Source: a virus
Reading direction: 5' to 3' (one strand)
Length of the DNA: 64,000 bases
IMG/VR virus record: IMGVR_UViG_3300047496_000213
Coordinates: 17,817-81,816 of that record
The notes beneath the pieces are model-generated. The model was not told where the DNA came from and searched no databases. It saw nothing but the letters and a program-made list of their open reading frames with translations. The stretch's first letter is position 1. The number at the start of each line of letters is the position of its first letter. The position numbers and the translations under genes were made by a program. Below, piece after piece: positions 18,749 to 28,988 of this stretch.

Positions 18749-19414
18749 ATGCGCTATGTTGAAATAATTTCCGAAGGCCGCGATGCTCCGTTATTTCGTG
18801 GGTATAAAGATAAAGAATTCGCCATCAAGGCTATTGAAGATAATGAAATAGTTGGATCAACTACTCAAAGATTTTGGCCAGACGGAAAACGTAGAAAAGA
18901 TAATGAACCGGATTATCAGAGTTCTTATTGGATGAAGGGCGCCAGTTTCACCAGAGATTTTAATTATGCGGCTTCTTGGGGTTGTGTCGTATTAGAAATA
19001 GATCAAATAATACTTACACAACGAACAAAAATTATGCCTTTAAATTGGGGTTATAGTATCCCTAGTGGTAATGATCATAAAAGAGAGCGGGAAGAATTCG
19101 CTATAACAAAGAAAACACCAGACACATACAATGATATAGATGCAGATGGGGAAGAAATTCCGACAAAGTTCAACTACAAAAGGTTCTCCAAACCAGAAGG
19201 CGCGATTAAAAATCTTGATAAGATGCTTTTGGGAATATATGTTGATTGGCGAAAAATGGATCATCCAGAGAAAATAAAAATTTTACTCGATCACCCAAAA
19301 TTTAAAGGATTATACAAAATACGCGACAAAACCGCCATTTTACTTCCTAGAAACATAGTAATTACTCCAGAAGATGTTAAGAAATACTGGGATACATGGA
19401 AACTAGGCGATTAG
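18749..19414 (+). CDS. Putative R-S-E ADP-ribosyltransferase with MRYVEIISE leader
   Basis: PLFRG, GASFTRD, EREEF; TATAAATA at 18737-18744. Confidence 0.55.
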   Translation: MRYVEIISEGRDAPLFRGYKDKEFAIKAIEDNEIVGSTTQRFWPDGKRRKDNEPDYQSSYWMKGASFTRDFNYAASWGCVVLEIDQIILTQRTKIMPLNWGYSIPSGNDHKREREEFAITKKTPDTYNDIDADGEEIPTKFNYKRFSKPEGAIKNLDKMLLGIYVDWRKMDHPEKIKILLDHPKFKGLYKIRDKTAILLPRNIVITPEDVKKYWDTWKLGD

Positions 19415-19645
19415 TCAATGCGGCGCGCCGTAGGCTAGGCGCGACATTGCTGTAGTTACCGGGATAATGGTCCAGCACATCCTTTCGTTTAAGTTTCTAA
19501 AGGTTGTTGTTAAATAAAGCGTGTGTTTAATTCCAGTTCGTTGTGTTTCTAGTCGGGCGGATATTTGCGCCGCTCTTTTATTAGAAAATTGCCACCCGTG
19601 TTCCTCTGTTTTATTTATCATCGTAAAAAATGGCGCGTTGCTCAT
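19415..19645 (-). CDS. Hypothetical protein
   Basis: GGGAGAG SD and TTGACG...TATAAC promoter on the minus strand. Confidence 0.6.
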   Translation of the reverse strand: MSNAPFFTMINKTEEHGWQFSNKRAAQISARLETQRTGIKHTLYLTTTFRNLNERMCWTIIPVTTAMSRLAYGAPH

Positions 19646-19735
19646 AGTTTAAACTCTCCCTGTTTAACTCTCAAAACGTTATAGCGGTGGGGCTATCAGC
19701 CGTCAAGACGCATTTCGCCATGACGGAGTAATGCA

Positions 19736-20044
19736 TTACGGCAGGGTTCTGGATTGCAGGCTCACAAAATGAGTCATCGGGAAAAACAATCGCATTAACG
19801 TCCTGTCTCTTTCCAAGTCAAATGTAAAAGAACCGTATTTTTCACTGAAAACCATGATACCTTTACAATTAATCTCACACCATTTCCGTATCTCTTCGAG
19901 AGATTCACGAGTATAGAATTTTTCATTCAATAATTTTTGATGCTCTGGGTTATATGTTCCCAACCAATATAGACGCGCATTCGGATACATTCCATATCTC
20001 TGTTCAAGTTCTATAATGGGATGCTCATACCAAAATTTAGCCAT
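19736..20044 (-). CDS. Hypothetical protein, possible distant 'LFKMF'-family member
   Basis: IRKWCE...FTFDLERDRTLMRLFF. Confidence 0.6.
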   Translation of the reverse strand: MAKFWYEHPIIELEQRYGMYPNARLYWLGTYNPEHQKLLNEKFYTRESLEEIRKWCEINCKGIMVFSEKYGSFTFDLERDRTLMRLFFPMTHFVSLQSRTLP

Positions 20045-20621
20045 TCAAAAAGTCCAGTTCCCATTCAATGTTAAAAATAGCTTGGTCATTCATTTTGGTC
20101 ATAACGTTGAAGATTGGGTTCTTCTTGAAGTTTTTCAAAAAAGTTGACCTACCAATCACAAATGCTTCTCGTCCGTAATGAGAATATTCTTTCCAAATAT
20201 CGCCACTATATTTCTGATAGGTTTCTAGAGGCTTAGAAAAGATCGCTAAATCAGCATCATTCATGAAAGGCCAAAGAGGGTCGCCACTTACGTAATTTTG
20301 ATGGTCTTTTGTGCCCAATACAAGCCCTACAGGGCGCGTCATCCGAGAATGAGCCATCAGAGCCTCGGCACTTTTTTCTTCGCCCCCTGGTCCCATTAAA
20401 TAATCATGTAGAAAAAATGCCAGCTTGAGAATGGATCGTTCTTTTTCAGTTAATGAACTACCTAGAATATCAATAGTCTCAAAGCCTAACCGCAAATGTG
20501 AAAGATCATGATAGAAACGATTTTTTTCAGAATACGCCGCGACTACTTTATGAAATAAAGGCCAATTGAACGGCAAGCATAGCTCTATATGAATATCTCT
20601 CCATTGATGTAAAAAATACAT
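20037..20621 (-). CDS. HD-domain metal-dependent phosphohydrolase
   Basis: YSEKNRFYH...H, LAFFLHD, DADLAI, EYSH...GR..FL. Confidence 0.8.
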   Translation of the reverse strand: MYFLHQWRDIHIELCLPFNWPLFHKVVAAYSEKNRFYHDLSHLRLGFETIDILGSSLTEKERSILKLAFFLHDYLMGPGGEEKSAEALMAHSRMTRPVGLVLGTKDHQNYVSGDPLWPFMNDADLAIFSKPLETYQKYSGDIWKEYSHYGREAFVIGRSTFLKNFKKNPIFNVMTKMNDQAIFNIEWELDFLNG

Positions 20622-20905
20622 TAACGTTTCCTGCGATTACTTAGGCGACTACTGTCAACGAAATCTAATGGTTTATTTTTTACCCATTTGACGAAATTTT
20701 GAATATCAGGATGACATAAAAGCTTGTCAATCGTGTTATAAATTCTCGCCAGTTCGTTTTCAGAAAAGGTAGAATGAATTTTCTTGTGGCAAACCGTATG
20801 AAGATTTACCGTTGGTCCATTTTTACCACCTTTTAATTTTGGGATCAAATGATGTTTGTCGGCTGATCCAGGCACGATGTCTCGTTCACAAAGAGGGCAA
20901 TTCAT
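20621..20905 (-). CDS. Small HNH-family protein
   Basis: CPLC..HHLIPK.KGG...CHKKIH. Confidence 0.8.
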   Translation of the reverse strand: MNCPLCERDIVPGSADKHHLIPKLKGGKNGPTVNLHTVCHKKIHSTFSENELARIYNTIDKLLCHPDIQNFVKWVKNKPLDFVDSSRLSNRRKR

Positions 20906-20928
20906 GTCTGTGTTTCTCTATTTTCATG

Positions 20929-21657
20929 TCAAGCGTGTTTTGTTCTTCCGACATATTTCTCTATCATAGCCAAAGCCAATTCCATGTTGTAACGAGCGTC
21001 ATTACCCCCACAATGAGGGTTAGGCGCCGCTACACCAAAAGAAGCCGCTAAATCGCTCAAAGATTTCCCTTCCATATCATCGGTTACGACCGAAACTAAG
21101 TGTGTATCCAGCACCGGTTTTTCCGGGATATCTGCGCCAAGAATTTGCAAATATCCAATGTCATATTTAATACTATGGCCGACATAATAATGGCATTTAT
21201 TTGCCATATCATGCACTTTTTGCAATAAAATATTTAGCGGAAGATTTTTAGTTCGACCGAAATCAAACTTTATCCTTCTAGCTTCAGCATCAATTCGCTT
21301 TAAATTGACACTTACAAAACCATCGGCAATACTATAAGTCGTCAATCCAACTTCTTGGAAACCATGTCGAGCGTTTTGTTCAACGTCAAAAGAAAGAATC
21401 ATCATACCATCATTTAAAATCTGAGCAATATTGCTCAGACGGTTATGCTGGTCAGCGATCCTATCGAGACGCGCTTGACGTTTCTTCATGAACGTAGCAT
21501 GAAGACGCAAAACTCCTAGAAATTTGTCAATTCTAGCTTTCTTTTCGTAATATTCAGGGTAATCAAGTTCGATCCCATGCGGCCCTTCAGGGAACTTCGC
21601 ACGAAACATCACACCTAAAACCTTCTTAGCCCGACTCTCAATAGCAGCGAGATTCAT
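20929..21657 (-). CDS. DEDDh 3'-5' exonuclease-like protein
   Basis: SFDVE, VGHSIKYD, LDT, PHCGGNDA. Confidence 0.75.
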   Translation of the reverse strand: MNLAAIESRAKKVLGVMFRAKFPEGPHGIELDYPEYYEKKARIDKFLGVLRLHATFMKKRQARLDRIADQHNRLSNIAQILNDGMMILSFDVEQNARHGFQEVGLTTYSIADGFVSVNLKRIDAEARRIKFDFGRTKNLPLNILLQKVHDMANKCHYYVGHSIKYDIGYLQILGADIPEKPVLDTHLVSVVTDDMEGKSLSDLAASFGVAAPNPHCGGNDARYNMELALAMIEKYVGRTKHA

Positions 21658-21920
21658 AATATTATATCCTTTCTATTAAGAAATTAACATAATACTATAA
21701 GTTGTCAAGAGATTGTATTAGAAAAATGCTCTGTAAATAAGTATGAAGAGTATTTACATTGCGAAAAGCTTTAACTTTTTTGGAATCTTGCTTAGTATGA
21801 TTAGATGAAGCACTTAAAAGTTATATTCAAATCGGGAGAAAAATCTCATTTTGATTAGGATATTAAGCTTGTCAACGTAATTTGATTCTTCGGAAGTCAT
21901 CTCTATTTGGTTTGATGGCA

Positions 21921-22292
21921 TCAGAACCTTTCTTGTTGTTTGATTAATAAGCTCTGAACGTATGAATGTGCTTTATCTATTGTTCGGAAATGTCTTGTAT
22001 TCATCTGAATTTTATATGTTTCTAATTTCCAGTATATATTGTATCTATTCTCAAATCTAATTTTGGCAACGTGAAAGGGCTTTCTTCCAGGTTCGAATAA
22101 GACTTCATAATTTTTGTCAAGATCATACATTTTCAAAAACAGATTCAAATTTTTTACCTGATTTTCCTCACGCTTCGTCATCGCCGTCTTGGCGTGCGTC
22201 TTTACACGTGGAAACTCTGGCTCATCGTCTATTTCTGAGAGATGGATGTCATAAACCGCTTTTTTGTATGAAAGATTAAGGGACTTGCTCAT
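21921..22292 (-). CDS. Hypothetical protein
   Basis: ORF in a minus-strand run. Confidence 0.55.
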   Translation of the reverse strand: MSKSLNLSYKKAVYDIHLSEIDDEPEFPRVKTHAKTAMTKREENQVKNLNLFLKMYDLDKNYEVLFEPGRKPFHVAKIRFENRYNIYWKLETYKIQMNTRHFRTIDKAHSYVQSLLIKQQERF

Positions 22293-22694
22293 TGGTTTGA
22301 TTTTGATAGAATATGCAAATTCTATTCACATGATCTTCTAATTTAGGTAAATCCTCGTAAGAATATAAAACGAATCTGATCATTAATTGGTAATGATAGA
22401 TAAAATCTATTCCAGCAGTTCGTCTACTAACAGACTTTAAAAGTATTCCAGCAGTTCGTCTACTGGTAACAGACTTTAAAAGTAAACTTTCAGTCAAGTT
22501 ATGATTATGCAAGTCAAATATAACCGCTTGCACATCATACGACATTTAACTAATACACTTGCTGGTGAATATAAAGAAAATGGACCCCGTAGGCCCCCAA
22601 AAATTCTTGTTTCCTTGATCAGCATAAAGCGAACATCGGAAAACTCAGGGACCGGCAAATTTGAAAATCCGCAAGTTTCGTTCCAGCTACCCAT
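22276..22694 (-). pseudogene. Probable degraded gene (MGSWNETCGFSNLP start) split over two short ORFs
   Basis: Overlapping ORFs 22494..22694 and 22276..22545; internal ~36-bp duplication (LLKSV(T)SRRTAGI x2). Confidence 0.4.
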
Positions 22695-22717
22695 TTTCGT
22701 TCTCTTTTCGAATCATG

Positions 22718-23776
22718 TCATTTCACCAACTTGTTAGGGATAACCTCTTGGAAAGTCCAATGCCCAACGCTACCTTTACCATGCGGAGCGGTTTGAACGT
22801 GACCTTTACGGACGAACTTGCCAACTGACGTTCTGAATTTTCCATAAGGAAACTCTTCAGCCAAACGAACGACATAGCCTTCGCGCGTATGCCAATCTTT
22901 TTTGCTATCATACAATTTGCGAATGATAACTTCATCCCAAATTCCATCATACAGCACAGGAACCGGCGTGATCCCTAAAAGATCAAACCAAACCAGTGTT
23001 TCATCCCATGAAAGGCATATATTCTTTTCGTTCCAGATTGAGAAACCCATGAAATAGGTTGTTAGATTGTCGTAGCCAATTGAATGCTTGGCAAAGAGAT
23101 TTTCGCCACACACTCGAAATCCGCCTGGAATATCTCCACAAATCTGACCCCAGAAATTTTTAACCCAAGCACGAGATGGATGACTTTTTCCGTCAATTGA
23201 CCGAGCATGGAAATAATCGGTATAAAGAGACGAATTTTCTCCATCCATTTTTTCTGTTACGATCACGCGCTTACCAACAAAAGTTTCAACCGATTCCAAC
23301 TTGCGGTCGTCATCGGTAAGACCTTCACTCCAAGGCAAATGCATAGAACGTGGATATTTGGTGTAGGGGCTGTAAAGATCAAGAACGTTACCTTGTTCCA
23401 AAACCTTTTGAACGCTTTCATCGAAAAACAGTGGACCCTTCAGCCGCCTCCCATCGGCAAGAACAACGTCTCCCCATTTGGTATAAATTTGATCATCGTA
23501 AAGATGACTTGGGAGAACAATTTTTGTGATACCAGCGGCGGCGCGAGCCTCTTCAACTGAAATATTCGTTTGTTCACATAAAATATGACAAAGCTCACAG
23601 ACAGATATTCCAACATTTTCGAAATAACCACCGAATTCGTGTTCTGCCTGAAACAAGCGACGTTCAATCACATGGTGGACGACAATATTTTCTATTGATT
23701 TACAAAAGACACACTTATACCCATCCCGTTTAAGGCAGGTTTCTCTAAAAACATCTCTGGTCAAAAGCTTGTTCAT
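22718..23776 (-). CDS. RNA ligase-family nucleotidyltransferase with N-terminal HNH-like domain
   Basis: TEKMDGEN (motif I), GENL, EGYVVR, KFVR; N-terminal RDGYKCVFC...HH...CELCH. Confidence 0.8.
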   Translation of the reverse strand: MNKLLTRDVFRETCLKRDGYKCVFCKSIENIVVHHVIERRLFQAEHEFGGYFENVGISVCELCHILCEQTNISVEEARAAAGITKIVLPSHLYDDQIYTKWGDVVLADGRRLKGPLFFDESVQKVLEQGNVLDLYSPYTKYPRSMHLPWSEGLTDDDRKLESVETFVGKRVIVTEKMDGENSSLYTDYFHARSIDGKSHPSRAWVKNFWGQICGDIPGGFRVCGENLFAKHSIGYDNLTTYFMGFSIWNEKNICLSWDETLVWFDLLGITPVPVLYDGIWDEVIIRKLYDSKKDWHTREGYVVRLAEEFPYGKFRTSVGKFVRKGHVQTAPHGKGSVGHWTFQEVIPNKLVK

Positions 23777-23790
23777 ATTAGCATTGTATA

Positions 23791-24951
23791 TTAGTTTTTA
23801 TTTTCTGCAAGGATTTTTTGGTGCCGTACCAAAATCGTTGCCCATTCAATAAATGTGTTCTCGTCAAAATTCATTTTCATTTTGTTTATATTTTTATGAA
23901 TCCATTGAACATTTCCTTCAATATATCCGATTGATGAGTCGATTCTATCTAATGAAGCGGTATATCTGTCTCTACAAGTTTTTCCAAAATTAAGTTCAAC
24001 ACCACTTAAATTACATAATCGTTTTTGCGCTTCAAATAAATCCCAAGCATATTCTATGGAAATATCAAAATCTAACTTTCTATTGAGAGCACTAATTTTA
24101 GTAAGGTCCCATCTACTACCATAAATCTCTCTATAACCAGTAAATGTTTTTAGTCCGCCCTTGTTAACATTAGCTAATAAGTGTGGTGATATTCTTGTTT
24201 CATAGTCAATATGTTTTATAATAATTTGTGGTTTCTTATAATTAGAGATCAAACTACACCATTCAATAAATGTGTTCTCGTCCAAATTCATTTTCATTTT
24301 GTTTATATTTTTATGAATCCATTGAACATTTCCTTCAATATATCCGATTGATGAGTCGATTCTATCTAAGGACGCTGTTTTAATATCATTATCTCTTATA
24401 TTAAAAAATAGTTCTTTATTTGTATAAACACATTTTCTGTTTTGTGCTTCAAATAAATTCCAAGCATATTCTATGGAAATATCAAAATCTATATTTCTCT
24501 TTTTTGCTCCAAATATAATTCTACTCCAATCTCCAGCATATATCTCTTTATATCCCTTTTTGGTCCCAACCATAGGAGAATAAAGCTCTTTGTGAAATAA
24601 ACAATCTCTTTTACCACAGGTTTTTGTTTCACCATTTTTTAAGGCGTTATAACCAACGTTGAATATGTTCCCACAATTACATTTTGCCGTAGCCTCCCAT
24701 CTTCTATACTTTTCATTATATACACATCCCAAAATAAAAGAATGCGGCAAATCTATTTTTATTTCAGGACAATTTCTATTTTTCAAAAATTTTCGTCTTT
24801 GTGATGTATCTATTTCAAGTATTTCTAATGATCTTTTTAAAGTAGTCCATCGAATTTTCATTATCTTACAGATTTCTTGTTGACTGCATTCTTTATTATA
24901 TAAATCTTTAATTTCCTCTAATTCTCTTTCCGATATTTCTCTGACTGGCAT
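23791..24951 (-). CDS. HNH-type homing endonuclease-like protein with internal duplication
   Basis: Two near-identical ASLDRIDSSIGYIEGNVQWIHKNINKMK units; CNCG Zn motif. Confidence 0.8.
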   Translation of the reverse strand: MPVREISERELEEIKDLYNKECSQQEICKIMKIRWTTLKRSLEILEIDTSQRRKFLKNRNCPEIKIDLPHSFILGCVYNEKYRRWEATAKCNCGNIFNVGYNALKNGETKTCGKRDCLFHKELYSPMVGTKKGYKEIYAGDWSRIIFGAKKRNIDFDISIEYAWNLFEAQNRKCVYTNKELFFNIRDNDIKTASLDRIDSSIGYIEGNVQWIHKNINKMKMNLDENTFIEWCSLISNYKKPQIIIKHIDYETRISPHLLANVNKGGLKTFTGYREIYGSRWDLTKISALNRKLDFDISIEYAWDLFEAQKRLCNLSGVELNFGKTCRDRYTASLDRIDSSIGYIEGNVQWIHKNINKMKMNFDENTFIEWATILVRHQKILAENKN

Positions 24952-25086
24952 ACGTATTCCTTTCCTTAAAAGGTTATTTATCTAAAATGACAAAAATGTT
25001 TGCAACTACTATCATCTGGTTTTAATGTAAAAAATTTCTGCATATAAATACTTTGTGGATGATCCACTGTTCAGGCAAGAAAACTA

Positions 25087-25326
25087 ATGGAGATAATTGA
25101 TTTCCCAGGTTCGGCACCAAAAGCAATCCAGATTTCGGATCATAAACTATCTGTCGGTCCTTTAAAATTTTCTTGTGATTGTGGTAGCGTTGCTCACCTA
25201 AGTTTTTCTGGGACAATAATTTATCGGTATATAGATTTTTATTGCTCTTCATGTGGAACAAACTATAAAATTACAAATCCAGCGTTTAAGAGACCGGAGC
25301 CCACACGCCCCGGTAAGGCTAAATAA
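25087..25326 (+). CDS. Small zinc-ribbon protein
   Basis: CDCG...CSSCG; TATAAATA upstream. Confidence 0.65.
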   Translation: MEIIDFPGSAPKAIQISDHKLSVGPLKFSCDCGSVAHLSFSGTIIYRYIDFYCSSCGTNYKITNPAFKRPEPTRPGKAK

Positions 25327-25354
25327 TATAAAGTAATACAGGAAAAAATGTATA

Positions 25355-25708
25355 ATGTTTGATGTGCCAGGGTTTAATACATCGTCTATGACAGATGATG
25401 AATTGATGACTAAGCAACTTCTTTTAAGTCAAAGATTAGTTGTAGCAAATAGATTTGGCTCTGGTGATATGATTATGCAATTATCAAACCTAATTCAATC
25501 TGTTGAAGCAGAACGCAGAGATCGTATGCTTCACAATATATTTAAATATCAACAAAAAATATTTCCGGAAATTATTGAAACTGAACCTGATCTTGTTGTG
25601 GTTCCTGTAGATACCGACGAGGAATCTCATAAAAAGATGATTCAACGAAAGCGAATTGTAAAAGAACGAATTGTTAAAAGTTCTATGCCTACTAGAAACG
25701 AAGGATAA
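25355..25708 (+). CDS. Hypothetical protein
   Basis: ORF in the late operon. Confidence 0.7.
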   Translation: MFDVPGFNTSSMTDDELMTKQLLLSQRLVVANRFGSGDMIMQLSNLIQSVEAERRDRMLHNIFKYQQKIFPEIIETEPDLVVVPVDTDEESHKKMIQRKRIVKERIVKSSMPTRNEG

Positions 25709-25713
25709 TCCCT

Positions 25714-26391
25714 ATGATAGATGATGAAGATGACGATGATTCTGAAATTTTTTCCCATTTTGTTTTTTCGGTTAAATTGATAAGAATGATAGACAACATG
25801 TTATTTCCCTCCAAAATTAGATTTAAAATGGAAATAATCCCAATGGGCACTGATGATATTGACAAAATATTTAACAAAATGAAATTTTGGATCGATAAAG
25901 TAGCTAATAATAGTATTGTATTTTCTAATATAAATGCTAACGCTATAGAAATGTTCATAAATCAAACAGCATCTAAACCTCGTATAAACAATTCAATAAT
26001 TTTAACACCCGAAGAACCTAATGATCAGCATTTGGCCGTTATTTTTCAAGCAAAGATGCAAGCATTGGCTGGTCAAAATTTAATTTTTGGACCAGTAGAA
26101 ATTCGTTCAGATAATCAGTTAGGGCTAGAATTTACATTTGTGGGCAATGCGAATCATGTTTTGCCGACAATGGATAAATGGGTCGGGGAACGTAGCTATT
26201 TTGCAGAGCCATGGTGGAATAGGGATGATGGTTCATCCTTAGATGTATTACCAACGCCTGATGCCGATTTAAATGACAAACCATCTTTCGCATTTAATTT
26301 TGATTTCCTAGACAAAAAGTCTATACCCTTCAAGGATGTAGTCGTGCGTCCGGTTTTCAAACCGGTGGTCATCGATGGAGGCAAGGCTTGA
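25714..26391 (+). CDS. Hypothetical protein
   Basis: PEEPNDQ and PWWNRDD motifs; ends PVVIDGGKA. Confidence 0.75.
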   Translation: MIDDEDDDDSEIFSHFVFSVKLIRMIDNMLFPSKIRFKMEIIPMGTDDIDKIFNKMKFWIDKVANNSIVFSNINANAIEMFINQTASKPRINNSIILTPEEPNDQHLAVIFQAKMQALAGQNLIFGPVEIRSDNQLGLEFTFVGNANHVLPTMDKWVGERSYFAEPWWNRDDGSSLDVLPTPDADLNDKPSFAFNFDFLDKKSIPFKDVVVRPVFKPVVIDGGKA

Positions 26392-26915
26392 CATTACGTC
26401 ATGTTGATCAATGGGGGCGGACCAGTTTTGACCCAAATACTATTATCGATCTTCTGTTTAAAGGCGTTGATATATCGTCAGTGTTAGCTATAGATGATCC
26501 TCTAATCACTGAATACAATAAATGGTGTGAATATTTCGATAAAAAAGATTATTTGATTGAAAAACCAGCCATAATCGATAGGACACCAGAAGAAGAACAT
26601 GAGTTACGATCTTCTCAATGGAATATTGATGATGATATCAAACAAATCGACGTGCGGAAATTTCTTTTGTCCGAGTTTTGTAAAACTCAAGAGCAAATAG
26701 ATCGCGTAAACCTAGAAATGGATTTGTATGAAGAAAGGGAACTTATCCCATTACTTCAGTTAATGATGTTTTTGGTAGATCGTTTTCGCCAAAATAACGT
26801 AATTTGGGGAGTTGGTAGAGGGTCGAGTGTAGCTTCCTATGTTCTTTTTCTTATACGTGTTCACCATATAGATAGTCTCAAATATAAATTGGATGTTCTT
26901 GACTTTTTGAAATAA
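26388..26915 (+). CDS. Short DNA polymerase III alpha (DnaE)-like protein
   Basis: VIWGVGRGSSVASYVLFLI.VH.IDSLKY DnaE palm motif in a 175-aa ORF. Confidence 0.75.
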   Translation: MTLRHVDQWGRTSFDPNTIIDLLFKGVDISSVLAIDDPLITEYNKWCEYFDKKDYLIEKPAIIDRTPEEEHELRSSQWNIDDDIKQIDVRKFLLSEFCKTQEQIDRVNLEMDLYEERELIPLLQLMMFLVDRFRQNNVIWGVGRGSSVASYVLFLIRVHHIDSLKYKLDVLDFLK

Positions 26916-26922
26916 ATAATTG

Positions 26923-27609
26923 ATGCGCGAGTTTATTGATATTGTTGAAAGCCTGAATGAAGACTTTGAAGTCAATCATCCTCTGATTGCTTATCATGCT
27001 ACTCATGAGCCACAAGGCTTAATTCTAAAAAACCGAATGGTCAGAAGTATGGATAGCATGGGAACATGGCTTTGTTCCAGTAAAGAAATGGTAACATATA
27101 CTTTTGGTCCAAATGTCGAAGCCTATGAGCTTCCTCACGGAAGATATTTACATGCTAGACAAAACCAATCCATAGAAGTTCTTCTTACTTGTCTACCTAT
27201 AATCGAAAAAGTATTTGGTAAAGAGGTATCCGATCATTTGATGCAATATCCTTTTACGCCAGAAAACAGAAAATTCTTTTATCAAACAAATCGACGCGCA
27301 AGAGAATACGAAAAAATGGCTAAAAAAAAATCAGGAGTATTGAGTTATAGCCATAAAGAATATTTGAAATATAAATATCCAGATCAGTTTATAAGATGGA
27401 AAAATCTTGAAAAGACCTATCAGTATAATAGCGAAATAGCACGTTCTAAAGAATATTGTTCAGCATTTAGAGCTTTTATTTCTCAACATTATAAAGGAAT
27501 TGCATGGATTGGGAATGTTGGTTGGGATAGTTGGCCAAAAGCAGTCAATATATATTTGGTATTTCATGATGAAGACTTGACACCAATTATTCAAGAACCA
27601 ATAAAATAA
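26923..27609 (+). CDS. ADP-ribosyltransferase-like protein with MREFIDIVE leader
   Basis: AYHAT, MGTWL, YKGI, IYLVF; TAAATA 4 nt before ATG 26923. Confidence 0.5.
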   Translation: MREFIDIVESLNEDFEVNHPLIAYHATHEPQGLILKNRMVRSMDSMGTWLCSSKEMVTYTFGPNVEAYELPHGRYLHARQNQSIEVLLTCLPIIEKVFGKEVSDHLMQYPFTPENRKFFYQTNRRAREYEKMAKKKSGVLSYSHKEYLKYKYPDQFIRWKNLEKTYQYNSEIARSKEYCSAFRAFISQHYKGIAWIGNVGWDSWPKAVNIYLVFHDEDLTPIIQEPIK

Positions 27610-28136
27610 TGCGCCAGTTTATGAAAATCGTTGAAAGTAATGTAAATCTTGAAACAGTCGCTCGAATGTTAAACAAAGATTTAGAAGGCGGCGGTTATGA
27701 TGTGGTAATGCAATACATTCGAATGGATAATGATCGTGATCCATATGATGATACTGAAATACCAGACGAAGACGCGTTAGTTGCAGCGTGGTGTGAAGAA
27801 AAAGTCGCACAAGAATATCGTAATTTGCAATGGATGTTTCAGCAAAATGGAGGCAAGTTGAAGGTTTGGCGAGAGATTACTGCGCCGGAAGATTGGAAAA
27901 TTGATTCGAGACATCCTGGAATATTTTGGTCTTGGGACAAAGCAGCGGCAGAAGCCCATTGGGGTGATTTTGGTAATAATCATGTAAGATGGCTCATTGA
28001 AGCTATCGTTGCGGTTAATGATGTAGATTGGCCACATACAATTGTTCAGAATGCTAATCCAGATTATTCAGATGAATGTGAAATTCGATTAATTCCTAAT
28101 AGACCAATTAATATTATTTCATATTGGCAAGACTAA
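27609..28136 (+). CDS. Putative R-S-E ADP-ribosyltransferase with MRQFMKIVE leader
   Basis: KVWREI, GIFWSWD, DECEIRL (ExE). Confidence 0.55.
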   Translation: MRQFMKIVESNVNLETVARMLNKDLEGGGYDVVMQYIRMDNDRDPYDDTEIPDEDALVAAWCEEKVAQEYRNLQWMFQQNGGKLKVWREITAPEDWKIDSRHPGIFWSWDKAAAEAHWGDFGNNHVRWLIEAIVAVNDVDWPHTIVQNANPDYSDECEIRLIPNRPINIISYWQD

Positions 28137-28225
28137 ATCACGAAGATAGTAAAAACACGGCGAAAAAATTGGATTACTTGAAGTGGAAGATAAATAACAT
28201 TGGATATAAAGTTCAGGAGAACACA

Positions 28226-28558
28226 ATGATAGTAAAGACAATGCGGGGTAAGACTCTGGATATGGGGCGTTTAATTGCTCAAAACGATACTGCTATTGCC
28301 CTTGGAAATGCTAACATGAATGCTCGGGGCGATATCATAGACAGAAAAGGGCAAGTTGTTAGGAAACGCGAAGATACGGCCCATGAATATTTTAAGGGAA
28401 ATCCAAACTCAGTTAAACAGGTTGCTCTTCGTGATATTTCATCGGAAGTTTTCGTGACGCCCGCACAAGCTGCTGCCAATTTACAAGCTCAACAAAATGT
28501 AACTTCCGTGGTACTATCCCCGCCGAAGAAAAGAAAAATAGAGGATAGAGAACTATAA
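28226..28558 (+). CDS. Hypothetical protein
   Basis: CAGGAG SD before MIVKTMRGKTLDM; ALGNANMNARGD motif. Confidence 0.75.
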   Translation: MIVKTMRGKTLDMGRLIAQNDTAIALGNANMNARGDIIDRKGQVVRKREDTAHEYFKGNPNSVKQVALRDISSEVFVTPAQAAANLQAQQNVTSVVLSPPKKRKIEDREL

Positions 28559-28581
28559 ACAAGAATTAAGGAGATTTCTAA

Positions 28582-28896
28582 ATGAATTTAACATCTATTC
28601 TAAGTTGGTTGGAGACAAGGCTTGCAGAACGATCCACTTGGGTCGGCCTTATTACGCTTGCGGCTTCTTTTGGCGTATCAATCAGTCCTGCTAATGCTCA
28701 ACTGATCGAAGTTGTTGGTGCTGCTATTGCTGGTGGTATCATGGTATTTTCCAAAGACAAAAATATTGACGCTGCTATCGCGGCTGCTTTAGAAGAATTT
28801 GCAAAAAACTTAACGGATTCTTCTTCACCTTCGAAAAATTCTGTAATTACTGCACCTGCCGTTGAAGCTGCCGTTGCCAAAACGAATGCTAAGTAA
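28582..28896 (+). CDS. Two-TM membrane protein, holin-like
   Basis: RLAERSTWVGL, two hydrophobic helices; AAGGAG SD. Confidence 0.55.
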   Translation: MNLTSILSWLETRLAERSTWVGLITLAASFGVSISPANAQLIEVVGAAIAGGIMVFSKDKNIDAAIAAALEEFAKNLTDSSSPSKNSVITAPAVEAAVAKTNAK

Positions 28897-28899
28897 AAG

Positions 28900-28931
28900 A
28901 AAAAGGATCGGTTCTCCGGTCCTTTTTTTTT
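28900..28931 (+). terminator. Intrinsic terminator
   Basis: AGGATCGG-TTCT-CCGGTCCT followed by a T-run. Confidence 0.75.
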
Positions 28932-28988
28932 GACATTTTGATCCCCCGCCATGTAAGATACGGAATAATAAGTTTTTAGGTATAAATT

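Noticed and set aside
23860-24365. Near-identical repeated segments as a DGR template/variable repeat pair
   Set aside because: Both copies are in-frame domains of one HNH protein, no adenine-specific mismatch pattern is evident, and no reverse transcriptase is present in the window.
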